In this document: positions 6,798 to 15,976 of the stretch, piece by piece
How the letters are laid out: the number at the start of each line of letters is the position of its first letter
Numbering within the stretch: the first letter of the stretch is position 1
Origin: a virus
Length of the DNA stretch: 20,561 bases
Virus record (IMG/VR): IMGVR_UViG_3300010351_001271
Strand: one strand, 5' to 3'
Translations under genes and position numbers: made by a program
The notes under the pieces: model-generated
Told to the model about the DNA's origin: nothing
The model's input: only the letters and a program-made list of their open reading frames with translations
Database searches by the model: none

Positions 6798-9566
6798 TTA
6801 AAGTGTACTATTGCTGCCTGTGCTTACGCCGCCAGTTTTGTATACTGTAATTCTCTGAATAATTTTTTCCATTCCTTTAGTAACCCATACGCCAATATCG
6901 ATAATTGCAAGACCTTCATCAACGACATCTGGTGTGTTGTTTGATTCATCCATCGTGATCTGGTAATTAATAAGAGCTCCTGCATCTTTCATTGATTCAA
7001 GAATAGGAGTTACTGCATTTATGATAGTAAGACGAGTTACTGGGTTATTAAAATCGAATACGTAATTCTTAAGGACTTCTTCAACCTGTAGTTCAATTGT
7101 GTTAAGAAGCTCTCTCACATGTAAGTAGTTGAAATCGCTCTTTACAGTCTGATAAGCCGTTCTATTTGCATAGATAAGAACTTCACCTGTTGATGTTCTC
7201 TCAATAATTGAGTTATATCCAAATGGTTCTAGGTAGCTTCTATCTTCTTTGTCGAGCATATATTCTACACCTGCAAGATTAGGATTAGAAATGATACCAT
7301 TTTTATTAGCTACAATAGCGTATGGATCTCCTCCTAAGAATTTCCTTACAAAGCTATTTGAAATATCAGCAGCTGGTGGAACAAGGATAACTTTATCATT
7401 CTCAGTATATTTTAAGAATGGTCCGAATACACCGGTGAACTTTGATCCATTGTCTTCATCAGGAAGAGTAAATCTGAAGCTTCTTGGCATATCAGGGTTA
7501 CCTCCTACTGGAATGTACTCCGTACTGAAAATTGGTTTTGGATCAACTCCGCTAACGAATACGTCGCAGAAGTAAGGATCCTGACTTGTTGAAAATTGAG
7601 TCATTGAAGGAGCACTAATAATAGCAGTAGTTTTACCTCTCTTCTTAGCAAGTCTGGAAAGATAAACTTTACCTCCCAAATTAGGTCTAAGACCATAGGC
7701 CATTGTATCAACTACATATCTGTAGTTAATCATTTCTGGGTTAGTTAAGCCTCTAAGAATTCCTTCATCTTCAAGCATTGAATAGATCTTTTCGAGACCT
7801 TCTTCAGCGTTTGGTGTTCCGGTAGTTGTATATCCAGGAAGATGGTTAGAAGTAAGCTTAAGACCATCAAGAGCAAGGAATTTATAACATGTAGCTACAG
7901 ATGCATCGTCGATTGGCATCTGAGTGGTTATCGTAGTTGCTCCTGCACCACCATCGATAGGTTCTGCTGTTTGTAGAACGTAAACTCCAGTAGGAGAACC
8001 ATAAGTAGAAATATCATCTGTAAATATTTTAGAAATTACATAAGTAACTCCGGGAATACCATTTTCAGCTAATGCTTCATCTTTTTTAACTAAAGTACCA
8101 ATACTAATTTTATTAGCATCTGACATATTATCAAGATAGAATTTTTTCCCTGTGGTTGTTCCTTCTTGATAAGTAGTGATTGTTAAAGTATTATGGATAA
8201 CTTCATTTAATACACTAACATCATAACTTAAAAAATTAGATTGTATACTAACACCATCAACTCCAGTTAATGTTGAAGGTTCCCAAATTGCAGGAGATAC
8301 AAAAACTCTTACATTGGAAGAAGCATTTGGGGCGCTAAATAATGATACATCTGTATAAACTGCATCAGATATAAAAATAGAAACATCTTGAGTGGTTCCA
8401 GTTGAAATGGTATGAACTGCTGGAGATATTAAAACAGAAACATCAATTGGAATAGTTGCAGAAGCATCGGTATACCAAACGGATGCTTCCCAAATTGCAG
8501 GAGATATAAAAGCATCATAACTAACCTCAACTTTGTTTATTCCTTGGTCAATAAAACCGTGACCAACTAAATCTACTAAATGTCCTGCGGCTAATATATC
8601 TGAACCATCTCCCATTTCCCATTGTCCCGATTCTTCATCCCAGATAAGTTGATCAAGAGCATCCTGATTAACATTAACCATAACACCCGTTAAAGGAGTT
8701 GAAGCATTAACAATATCTTCAATATTCTGATTTGCTCCGGTTTGATCTCTAAAATCTGGGATAAATGTTCCAATCCAAGAACCAACTAAGCTAACTTGTG
8801 GAAGATTAATAAATTCATTTAATTTTGCAGGAATAACTCCTTTTGTATTAAAATAAGCTGAGAAGAACGGATCAGAAGATAGGTTAGTATAATTTGTCCA
8901 GTCTCCTTCAATAGCTATAACTTGGATAAAATAATCCTTCATTAGATCATAAGGACGTATCCATTTATAAGGAATATTGGAACCATACCAATCTTTTGCT
9001 GTAACATCATATCCCTGAAGTCCAACAGCTTTTCTTACAATAACTGAAACTCTTTTAGTTCCAACATTAGCTACTTGTAATAATGAGGTGCTTTCAGCGG
9101 AACCAGGAACTCCTTCTTTATTTCCGGCTACTCCCAATAGATAGTCTGGATCTGGTTTCCAGAATCTTTCTCTATTATAAAAATTAATAAAAGCATCGCT
9201 AAAAACGCCAGGGTTCGAAGCGGAAGCATCTAACGAAAGAGAAACAAATTCTGCAAAGTTTGTTGAAGAATTATCAACATTTAAAAGATTAAGAGCAAAT
9301 ACGGGTGCTTGAAGCAAGCAAGTATCTATTGATCTCTGGAAGAAAGATCCTTTTTTCTCTAATTTCTTATCTATATCCCCAAAGAATCTAGCACGATCCC
9401 TGGTGGAACGAATAAAAGTAGGAGCATTGAAAGGCCCGATCTTTGAGAACCCAACTACTAATCTTAAAGACTGAGTTGTAACTGTAATTCTTTCAGACTG
9501 ATCTACTTCGACTGTATAAACACCAGCAGCTTTAAATTGGGATAGATCTAAAGAAAGTTTTGCCAT
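6798..9566 (-). CDS. Tail sheath protein (T4 gp18-like) with an internal insertion
   Basis: N-terminal AAGVYTVEVDQS...VVGFSKIGPFNAPTFI...FFG. C-terminal RSYLEPFGYNSI...IYANRT...YLHVRELLNTIE...FDFNNPVTR...YQITMDESNNTPDVVD sheath signature. Confidence 0.95.
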   Translation of the reverse strand: MAKLSLDLSQFKAAGVYTVEVDQSERITVTTQSLRLVVGFSKIGPFNAPTFIRSTRDRARFFGDIDKKLEKKGSFFQRSIDTCLLQAPVFALNLLNVDNSSTNFAEFVSLSLDASASNPGVFSDAFINFYNRERFWKPDPDYLLGVAGNKEGVPGSAESTSLLQVANVGTKRVSVIVRKAVGLQGYDVTAKDWYGSNIPYKWIRPYDLMKDYFIQVIAIEGDWTNYTNLSSDPFFSAYFNTKGVIPAKLNEFINLPQVSLVGSWIGTFIPDFRDQTGANQNIEDIVNASTPLTGVMVNVNQDALDQLIWDEESGQWEMGDGSDILAAGHLVDLVGHGFIDQGINKVEVSYDAFISPAIWEASVWYTDASATIPIDVSVLISPAVHTISTGTTQDVSIFISDAVYTDVSLFSAPNASSNVRVFVSPAIWEPSTLTGVDGVSIQSNFLSYDVSVLNEVIHNTLTITTYQEGTTTGKKFYLDNMSDANKISIGTLVKKDEALAENGIPGVTYVISKIFTDDISTYGSPTGVYVLQTAEPIDGGAGATTITTQMPIDDASVATCYKFLALDGLKLTSNHLPGYTTTGTPNAEEGLEKIYSMLEDEGILRGLTNPEMINYRYVVDTMAYGLRPNLGGKVYLSRLAKKRGKTTAIISAPSMTQFSTSQDPYFCDVFVSGVDPKPIFSTEYIPVGGNPDMPRSFRFTLPDEDNGSKFTGVFGPFLKYTENDKVILVPPAADISNSFVRKFLGGDPYAIVANKNGIISNPNLAGVEYMLDKEDRSYLEPFGYNSIIERTSTGEVLIYANRTAYQTVKSDFNYLHVRELLNTIELQVEEVLKNYVFDFNNPVTRLTIINAVTPILESMKDAGALINYQITMDESNNTPDVVDEGLAIIDIGVWVTKGMEKIIQRITVYKTGGVSTGSNSTL
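8280..8506. repeat. 20-bp direct repeat (ttcccaaattgcaggagata at 8280-8299 and 8487-8506) inside the sheath insertion
   Basis: Encodes SPAIWE twice, 69 aa apart. A third diverged copy reads SPAVHT. Confidence 0.85.
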
Positions 9567-9643
9567 ATTATTTCATTTATTTTTATTATTTATTCGTCAA
9601 AAATTTAAGGAAAATCTACTTTCTGACTTTTCAAATAATGTCT

Positions 9644-9657
9644 TTTATTTATATATC
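9644..9657 (-). promoter_or_regulatory. Putative late promoter GATATATAAATAAA upstream of the sheath
   Basis: Identical to 4689-4702 and contains TATAAATA. It lies in the terL-sheath intergenic space. Confidence 0.65.
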
Positions 9658-9686
9658 ATAGAATGAAAAACCCCGTTTTAACTTTT

Positions 9687-11639
9687 TCACCATGACGATC
9701 CCCCGCTTTTCCAAGGGAGCCCGCCATAATTAGATGCTTTGTTTTTTTCGCCTTGCAACCATATTTTTCTTAATTCTTCTTGTTCAGCTGTAATGGCATC
9801 TGGGTTTTCATAAAATGCTGAAAAAGCATTATCATTTAAATCCTGACTATCATCTGGTTCTTCAAGAATAGCTAGCATATATCTTTTAATTAAAGAATCC
9901 GGCATATCTTCCAAAAAATCATAAAGCCAATCTTCATATTCTGGCTCTTCATAAAAACGAGAAAGATTTAAAACCGTCATAACAGCATCGTCATGTTTAG
10001 CAATGCCTTTATATCCTGTTTTTGTTTTTCCAAAAGACCCAAACTCGCTAATTGTTGATTTTTCGCTAGGCAAAATAGTTTTTTGAGATATTAATCTTTT
10101 TCCTAATTTGCAAAAATAATCTTTATCTTGTTTTTGTTTAAATCCTGCTTTTTTTCTTGGTGGTTTTTCTCCCGGAACTGGAGCAGTATGATAGGAGTGC
10201 ATTACCATTCCTTCAAAATAATCTTCGTGCTCGGCAATTTTATTTAAAAAAGCTTTTCCATTAAAGTTCATTTCGGTAACCCATTTAACTGATTCGGGAT
10301 TAAACTGATCAAAAGCTAAAGCATTATTGACTTTTGCCATAACTTCTTCATCTCCAATATTATCTCGGAATATACCAACTTGTCTTATTCTGAAAAGATT
10401 TTTTATTGTTCTTTCATCTTTTCTTAATTTTCTTAATTTAGCTATAGATTTAGGTTCCACTTGCCAAATAGTTGTAATATTATAGTCGTTATCTTTTTTC
10501 TCTTCTTCATCTTTTCCTTCTGCAATATCATTGGATAAAATAAATCTATACATATTTAAAGGAAAATCATCATTAGGATCAAAATCCGGATGCCACAAAA
10601 GATTATCTCGATAAAGTATTTCGTCCAAAGAGGACTTTTCTAATTCATGGAATTTATATTTCTTTTGAATTTTCTTTAGCCAAGCTAAATCGCTCCCCGA
10701 TAAAAGAATATTACTTTTGCTATCAAATGAAAGTTCATATTCCTGAGCAAATGCCTCCGGGGTAAAGTTAGCTCTTTCCTTTTCGGCCCATTCATCATCT
10801 CTGCCGGGAACCTCCCACCAGTCTACCCTTTTATAAATAAAACTATTTAGACCCTTGTTGGCTTTATCCCATATTTCAAAGAATAAATTATCCATTCCAT
10901 CGGGGGTAGAAGAAATAATACACTGAGATACACGAGAGGATGAAAGCGTAGGATAAACAGATCTCCAGAAGGATCGAGCTAATTTTTGATTAATGTGAGC
11001 AAACTCATCGATGTATAATACGTGAATTGTAAAACCGATAGCTGCCGTACTCGTTGTTGCTTGGGATGTTAACATACATCCATTATCGAGTTTCAAACCC
11101 AAAACTGCAATTTGTTTTATACCTGGTTTAAGAAAGAATGGAAGACCCCTGAAAACATCAACTACTTTTGCTACAATTTCTGTCGTTGTAGCTTGTTTGT
11201 TAGCAAGAATAAGCAGGTTTCTATCTGTATGAAAGCAAAGATACCAAGCAAAGAAAGCAGAAATAGTTGTTGTCTTACCAGTCTGGCGAGAGGCCATCAA
11301 AATATAATTTCGTACTTTAGGACCAAAATCTTCTAAATCATTTATCCAAACCTCTTCGCCAACGGTATTTAAAATATCTCTTTGAAAATCCCTTAAAGTA
11401 ACCGTCTGCCTTCCGTAGTCAGTTAAGAATCGACAATATTTTTCTACAAAATATTCTATATCTTGAGAACATTTTATAAATTCTTGTTCTTCTTCGTGAG
11501 TTAATTGAAAAAGAATATTATCAGCTTTTAATTCTGGATCTCTTTGATGAAAACAGTCTAGATTAACATCCGCTCCATACCTAAGTTTTTCAAGAGCTTC
11601 ATTGACTATTTCAGTGTTCCATACAATATTTTGTGCCAT
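9687..11639 (-). CDS. terL: Terminase large subunit (T4 gp17-like)
   Basis: Adenine-binding LRDFQ, Walker A ASRQTGKTTT, Walker B VLYIDEFAH, motif III IISSTPDG, WWEVPGRD, nuclease acidic residues in SNDIAEG, VTEMN and HDDAVM. Confidence 0.97.
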   Translation of the reverse strand: MAQNIVWNTEIVNEALEKLRYGADVNLDCFHQRDPELKADNILFQLTHEEEQEFIKCSQDIEYFVEKYCRFLTDYGRQTVTLRDFQRDILNTVGEEVWINDLEDFGPKVRNYILMASRQTGKTTTISAFFAWYLCFHTDRNLLILANKQATTTEIVAKVVDVFRGLPFFLKPGIKQIAVLGLKLDNGCMLTSQATTSTAAIGFTIHVLYIDEFAHINQKLARSFWRSVYPTLSSSRVSQCIISSTPDGMDNLFFEIWDKANKGLNSFIYKRVDWWEVPGRDDEWAEKERANFTPEAFAQEYELSFDSKSNILLSGSDLAWLKKIQKKYKFHELEKSSLDEILYRDNLLWHPDFDPNDDFPLNMYRFILSNDIAEGKDEEEKKDNDYNITTIWQVEPKSIAKLRKLRKDERTIKNLFRIRQVGIFRDNIGDEEVMAKVNNALAFDQFNPESVKWVTEMNFNGKAFLNKIAEHEDYFEGMVMHSYHTAPVPGEKPPRKKAGFKQKQDKDYFCKLGKRLISQKTILPSEKSTISEFGSFGKTKTGYKGIAKHDDAVMTVLNLSRFYEEPEYEDWLYDFLEDMPDSLIKRYMLAILEEPDDSQDLNDNAFSAFYENPDAITAEQEELRKIWLQGEKNKASNYGGLPWKSGGSSW

Positions 11640-11666
11640 TTTTAACGGATCTTTAACATATATACC

Positions 11667-12326
11667 TTATTCCGTTTTTATCTCTTCAATATCTTGAACA
11701 TTTTGATCTCCTTTTATAATGACAACCTGGTCATTTTGAGCAGCTTTTAATCTTTTTGTTTCATTAATTAATTCTTTTGTTCCAAGAGCTACAAGACCTT
11801 TATCATTCCTAACCATTCCATTTTGACCAGGTCCAATTGCTCTTAACTCATTCTGTTTTTCTTGTACATCAAATCGAATATCCTTATAGGTTGCTTTTAT
11901 GGCTTCTACGGTTTGTAGGAGTTGCTTATTTAAGTCCCCGATGGTCTTGCTAAGTTGACCAAAGACCTCAAACATGCGTGGGTGTGCGGCCCCACTACGT
12001 ACTTCCTCCATGAGGGTCTTTTGCATAGTTTCATTTACCTTTAATTGATAAAGCATACCAGAAAGGGAAAGAATATCAACTTGCATTTTATTTTTAAGAT
12101 ACGGATTTTGCTTAATTATTTCATCGGTAAGCATAAATCCCGTAGCATTCTTAATCATTTTTTTAGCTTTCGAATCGCATTCTTTTTGTAATTTATCGAA
12201 GTCGAGATCAAAAGTAGGCTCCATGGCGAGCTCTGGGGCATCAAACTTTGGAGTATTTTTATCAAGTTTGTTGTCTGCAGCGTCGATCATCTTCTGTAAC
12301 TCGTCTTTTTCGTCTCTTGCATTCAT
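11667..12326 (-). CDS. terS: Terminase small subunit (T4-like gp16)
   Basis: Directly upstream of terL. AAHPRMFEVFGQLSKTIGDLNKQL matches the HPRxxEVxxQL helix of gp16-like proteins, followed by GTKELI. Confidence 0.8.
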   Translation of the reverse strand: MNARDEKDELQKMIDAADNKLDKNTPKFDAPELAMEPTFDLDFDKLQKECDSKAKKMIKNATGFMLTDEIIKQNPYLKNKMQVDILSLSGMLYQLKVNETMQKTLMEEVRSGAAHPRMFEVFGQLSKTIGDLNKQLLQTVEAIKATYKDIRFDVQEKQNELRAIGPGQNGMVRNDKGLVALGTKELINETKRLKAAQNDQVVIIKGDQNVQDIEEIKTE

Positions 12327-12344
12327 ATAATTAGTTTTAATCGT

Positions 12345-13997
12345 TTAACGTTGTTTAGAAATATAAGGAGCGGAAAAGCGAAGATCGCAGTTATCCAATA
12401 TGATAGCTTGATCAGCATCCTTTGAAAGATAAGATAGTAATTCTAATGGTTGTTTTTCTTCTTCTATTGTTGTTGTAAATAGACGAATATTAGTCATAAG
12501 AGAATCTGATTTATCAAGAGTGTACTGATCCACTACAACTTCTTCAGGGGTTAAATTAATAGTTTTATAGAATACTTTTACAAGTTTATCTCCGCTTCCA
12601 GAAACATTTGGCTTCCAAACATAAGCATTATATTGCCCCCAGGTGTTTCCGATATTAATTACAACACCATACCATGAATTATCTAAAAGCCTAGTATTCA
12701 TGGGAATAACCCTCTCCTGAGAGCCATAGAGAATTTTAATATATTGGTTTGCAAATATATTTGCTTTAAATCCGTGATTTGTTTCGTTTATCCCATCTAT
12801 AAGATTAATGGGTTCCTGCAACTTAGCTTTATAATTTCTCATAGAAGCCCAATTGGAATTCAAAGAATTAAGATATGTTTCTACATCTTCATCTATTTTA
12901 CAATAGTATCTTCCTGTATTGAAATCATTATCATCAATAATTTTTGCATAAAGATTTAATGCTCCAGGCCTGGAAATTGTAAATACATCATCTATTCTGA
13001 ATCTTCTGGATGTAGGAACTAATTTTATGACATAATTAGCTGGGGGAGTTAATGTTCCATTTTTTTCGATAAATTCTATATCATATTCCTTATCTGAAAA
13101 ATTCTTAGGCATTACCCATGCTGTAATTGATCTATCCGATGACGTAGTAATATGATCTGAAGCATTATATCTTACTGCATTGAATAATCCTGAGCTTTTC
13201 ATTTCATATAAAGATTGAGCAGCAATAACTCCGTGAATCTCTAAATTATAATTAACTGTTCTTAAACTAGAATCGAGTGTTTTATAAATATCCTGAGATG
13301 TTGAATTAAATGCAGATGTTTGCTTCTTATCTGTAAGTTTTTCGATATTATCCTGAATAGCTTCTCCAAATAATTCTTGTTCCCCAACAGTATACTTATC
13401 AATAGTTTCTTTAAGAGCTTCTCCCTCCCTTCTTGAAGCCTCAGGCTGATATTTTCTTAAATTAACTACCCAGGTGGTTTCTTGCTCCATAAATCCCCTT
13501 TTTAAAAAAGAAGATTCTACCTGATATAATTTATTTGGAAGAGGAAGATAAACGATGTCCTTTTTTTGAGGGGCTGTTCCAAATCCGACAGTAGTTTCCC
13601 AATATTTTTTATCAATTTCAATTTGCGTAGGTAATTCATATTGTAATCCCATTAAATCCATTTGATATTTACTATCGGGAAAACCATTTGGACCCACAAC
13701 AACTTTTAAGCAGATTGGTGTATCTTCAACACAGGATAAAGTGTATTCTTGAAAAATAACATCTTTCGATCTTTGCTGAGGAACAGCACGGAACCATCTA
13801 GCATCAATTCCAAACATTTGATTTGCAACACTATTTAAAGTATTATATGTTTGAGCTGATGCAAGAGCCAGATTTGGATTAAAAATACTTAAGGCATCCT
13901 CGGAAAGATTTACTTGAAGCCCCCCAACATTTTGACCCTGGGATCCAGGAAATGCTCCGCTTAATTGTTGTTCTTTGGGATCAGTACAATCTGCCAT
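12345..13997 (-). CDS. Neck/head-tail connector protein (T4 gp14-like N-terminus) with a long C-terminal beta-rich extension
   Basis: QMFGIDARWFR...DVIFQEYTLS...GLQYE...IEIDKKYWE...PQKKDIVYLP..NKLYQV...WVVNLRKYQ follows the gp14 layout. The C-terminal ~300 aa has LamG-like elements (SITAWV, WYGVVINI, NIRLF). Confidence 0.65.
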   Translation of the reverse strand: MADCTDPKEQQLSGAFPGSQGQNVGGLQVNLSEDALSIFNPNLALASAQTYNTLNSVANQMFGIDARWFRAVPQQRSKDVIFQEYTLSCVEDTPICLKVVVGPNGFPDSKYQMDLMGLQYELPTQIEIDKKYWETTVGFGTAPQKKDIVYLPLPNKLYQVESSFLKRGFMEQETTWVVNLRKYQPEASRREGEALKETIDKYTVGEQELFGEAIQDNIEKLTDKKQTSAFNSTSQDIYKTLDSSLRTVNYNLEIHGVIAAQSLYEMKSSGLFNAVRYNASDHITTSSDRSITAWVMPKNFSDKEYDIEFIEKNGTLTPPANYVIKLVPTSRRFRIDDVFTISRPGALNLYAKIIDDNDFNTGRYYCKIDEDVETYLNSLNSNWASMRNYKAKLQEPINLIDGINETNHGFKANIFANQYIKILYGSQERVIPMNTRLLDNSWYGVVINIGNTWGQYNAYVWKPNVSGSGDKLVKVFYKTINLTPEEVVVDQYTLDKSDSLMTNIRLFTTTIEEEKQPLELLSYLSKDADQAIILDNCDLRFSAPYISKQR

Positions 13998-14046
13998 TAC
14001 ACTACTCTTTTTTCTATTTATTCATTAAATAAAAAGAATAAACAAC

Positions 14047-14289
14047 TTACCATTTATTTGCATAACATCCTGAATTGTCGGCGGATTTTGTTTTTATATC
14101 CATAAAGCATCCGCACAAATTACAAATTCTTAAACGATCATTAAAATATTCGCAGGTTTCACAAATAGATATTTTCCTATTTGCTTCCTCGTTAATTTCA
14201 TTTCTATATGATTTATCCACTTTATATCGGATCCAGAGAAAATATCCTCGAATTATTTCTCTAAAAATACGTATTAATCTTTTTACCAT
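14047..14289 (-). CDS. Small Cys-rich metal-binding protein (CxxC...CxxCGC...C...KW; DUF6171-like from memory)
   Basis: ICETCEYF...ICNLCGCFMDIK...GCYANKW. Confidence 0.7.
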   Translation of the reverse strand: MVKRLIRIFREIIRGYFLWIRYKVDKSYRNEINEEANRKISICETCEYFNDRLRICNLCGCFMDIKTKSADNSGCYANKW

Positions 14290-14891
14290 TTCTTAAGAGG
14301 GCAAACATAATGATTTGATCCATTGGGCGTTAATTGAGCAATAGCTTTTCCTTCTTCATCAAGAGGATAAACTTTAAAAACTCTGGACATCAATCCACAT
14401 CCACATTTTTTACAAGCAAATCTTTCTCCTTTAGTTGTTAATTCTTCACAGGATAAACATATACTTGTTCTATCTTTAACCATTTTTTCAAAATCATGGA
14501 GATCAATGTCTTCATAATTTGGAATCACTCTATCTTTATCAATTTGAAATCCAATAGGAATCATGGGTTTTTGTTTTTCCTGAAAATATATTTTTCGTAT
14601 CTCTAAAAAATTTTGAAATAAATCGTCACATACAAAAATTCTACATTCTAAAGGTCGATTTTCTCTTTCAATAATACACCCTAAAGAAGAATCATGAAAT
14701 TCACAATAATCGCCGGCTTCTATTTCTGGATCTCTAAGAGGATAAACTCCGTATTGCTGCTTTGCACTTTCGAAAAAACTTGCATCTTTTTGGGAAACAA
14801 AATAAGATTTTCGGAGGTCCCCCGAATATATTTTACAGCATTCTTGACACTGAGAGCATAATTCTTTATTAATATATTCTAATTGTATCAT
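14283..14891 (-). CDS. YkgJ/FliB-like cysteine-cluster (putative Fe-S/Zn) domain fused to a C-terminal DUF6171-like domain
   Basis: CSQCQECC...YCEFHDSSLGCIIERENRPLECRIFVC is the YkgJ pattern. The C-terminus reads ICLSCEE...CKKCGC...VCPLKKW. Confidence 0.7.
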   Translation of the reverse strand: MIQLEYINKELCSQCQECCKIYSGDLRKSYFVSQKDASFFESAKQQYGVYPLRDPEIEAGDYCEFHDSSLGCIIERENRPLECRIFVCDDLFQNFLEIRKIYFQEKQKPMIPIGFQIDKDRVIPNYEDIDLHDFEKMVKDRTSICLSCEELTTKGERFACKKCGCGLMSRVFKVYPLDEEGKAIAQLTPNGSNHYVCPLKKW

Positions 14892-14905
14892 TTCAATTTT
14901 TTTAA

Positions 14906-15568
14906 TTACATAACTTCACAAATTCCACTAATTATTCCGCTAATACACAAATATAATACAGCTGATGCAGTTCCTCTAGTATATGTTATTTCAGCATATC
15001 TAGCACCTTTGCGACCTGGATTATCTACGGTTATATAAGCCGTTCCGCTTCCGGCCCCTGAAGGAGTATAAGCAGTTACAATTCCGTTAGGATCACTCGT
15101 AACAGTAGCAGTCCAGGATCCTGAAGCTGTAACATATATTGATTTCTGTTCCCCGGGATTTAAATCCCCCTCCCAGCTTAACCAATCAGGATTAATGGAA
15201 ATAGAATCCACTACAGCAGCTTCGTTTTGAGAAACATCTATTGCCCAATTATTATATCTTGCAATAACATTTATCGTTCCTGTTCTATCCCCCATATTAT
15301 TTGATGGAGCTGTAGCTCTAAAACTACCCCATCCCCCTCCATTTTTATTTACAATATTAGAAAAAGTAATCCAAGTATTATTTCCAGCACTAGGTTCCCA
15401 TGAATTCATTAATGTCGAAAAAACACTCACATCTTTATAAGACCCGGCAGGAACAAAGGGAATAAAATTTGTATTTACATACAGAGAAGGATCTGGGATA
15501 GCAATAAACTGCTGCCCTAATTTATAAGCGTATCCATTATTTGATGTAAAAACGTATTTAGTAGCCAT
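14906..15568 (-). CDS. Virion protein with BACON-like (Ig-like) domain(s)
   Basis: ISINPDWLSW...SIYVTASGSWTAT...TPSGAGSGTAYITVDN...ARYAEITY, plus an upstream ...N..GDRTGTINV...IDVSQ segment, both BACON-type patterns. Confidence 0.6.
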   Translation of the reverse strand: MATKYVFTSNNGYAYKLGQQFIAIPDPSLYVNTNFIPFVPAGSYKDVSVFSTLMNSWEPSAGNNTWITFSNIVNKNGGGWGSFRATAPSNNMGDRTGTINVIARYNNWAIDVSQNEAAVVDSISINPDWLSWEGDLNPGEQKSIYVTASGSWTATVTSDPNGIVTAYTPSGAGSGTAYITVDNPGRKGARYAEITYTRGTASAVLYLCISGIISGICEVM

Positions 15569-15572
15569 ATTT

Positions 15573-15968
15573 TTACATGTATTGGGTTATATCCAACTCT
15601 GCATATACAGAACCCCTCCAGAAGCGTATTCTTCCATATCTTTCAAACCCCCCATCATTAATATCACAATATATCGTTACATTAGAACTTGTTGTATGAG
15701 AAGTAGGAGAACAGCTAAAGAAAATACCATCCCCATCATCGAGATAAGTAACTGTCCATGATCCGCTAGAAGTAACAAAAATATTACTAGTATCAACAGG
15801 AGTTCCGTCTACATAAAAATATAAAGTGTCCGGATTTAAGGAAATGCTATCAGGTACAGAACTGACTACCTGAATTTTATTTATAGATCCAATAGAAGCT
15901 ACATTTACCCTTCCCAGAGATCCTAATTGTGATAAATTTACTCTACCAAATGATCCTAAATCTGCCAT
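15573..15968 (-). CDS. BACON-like domain protein with three N-terminal 11-aa repeats
   Basis: ADLGSFGRVNL/SQLGSLGRVNV/ASIGSINKIQV, then ISLNPDTLYF...IFVTSSGSWTV...SPTS...NVTIYCDINDGGFERYGRIRF...LDITQ. Confidence 0.6.
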   Translation of the reverse strand: MADLGSFGRVNLSQLGSLGRVNVASIGSINKIQVVSSVPDSISLNPDTLYFYVDGTPVDTSNIFVTSSGSWTVTYLDDGDGIFFSCSPTSHTTSSNVTIYCDINDGGFERYGRIRFWRGSVYAELDITQYM

Positions 15969-15976
15969 ATTAATAA

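Noticed and set aside
9687-11639. Intein or intron in terL
   Set aside because: All motifs are present at normal spacing in 650 aa, with no splicing or homing-endonuclease motifs seen.
1810-14296. Short alternative-frame or antisense ORFs (1810-2007, 2301-2486, 4551-4733, 6107-6385, 6750-6944, 7249-7575, 11112-11336, 12744-12959, 14075-14296)
   Set aside because: They lie wholly or mostly within well-supported genes, have no motifs, and oppose or duplicate the uniform minus-strand organisation.
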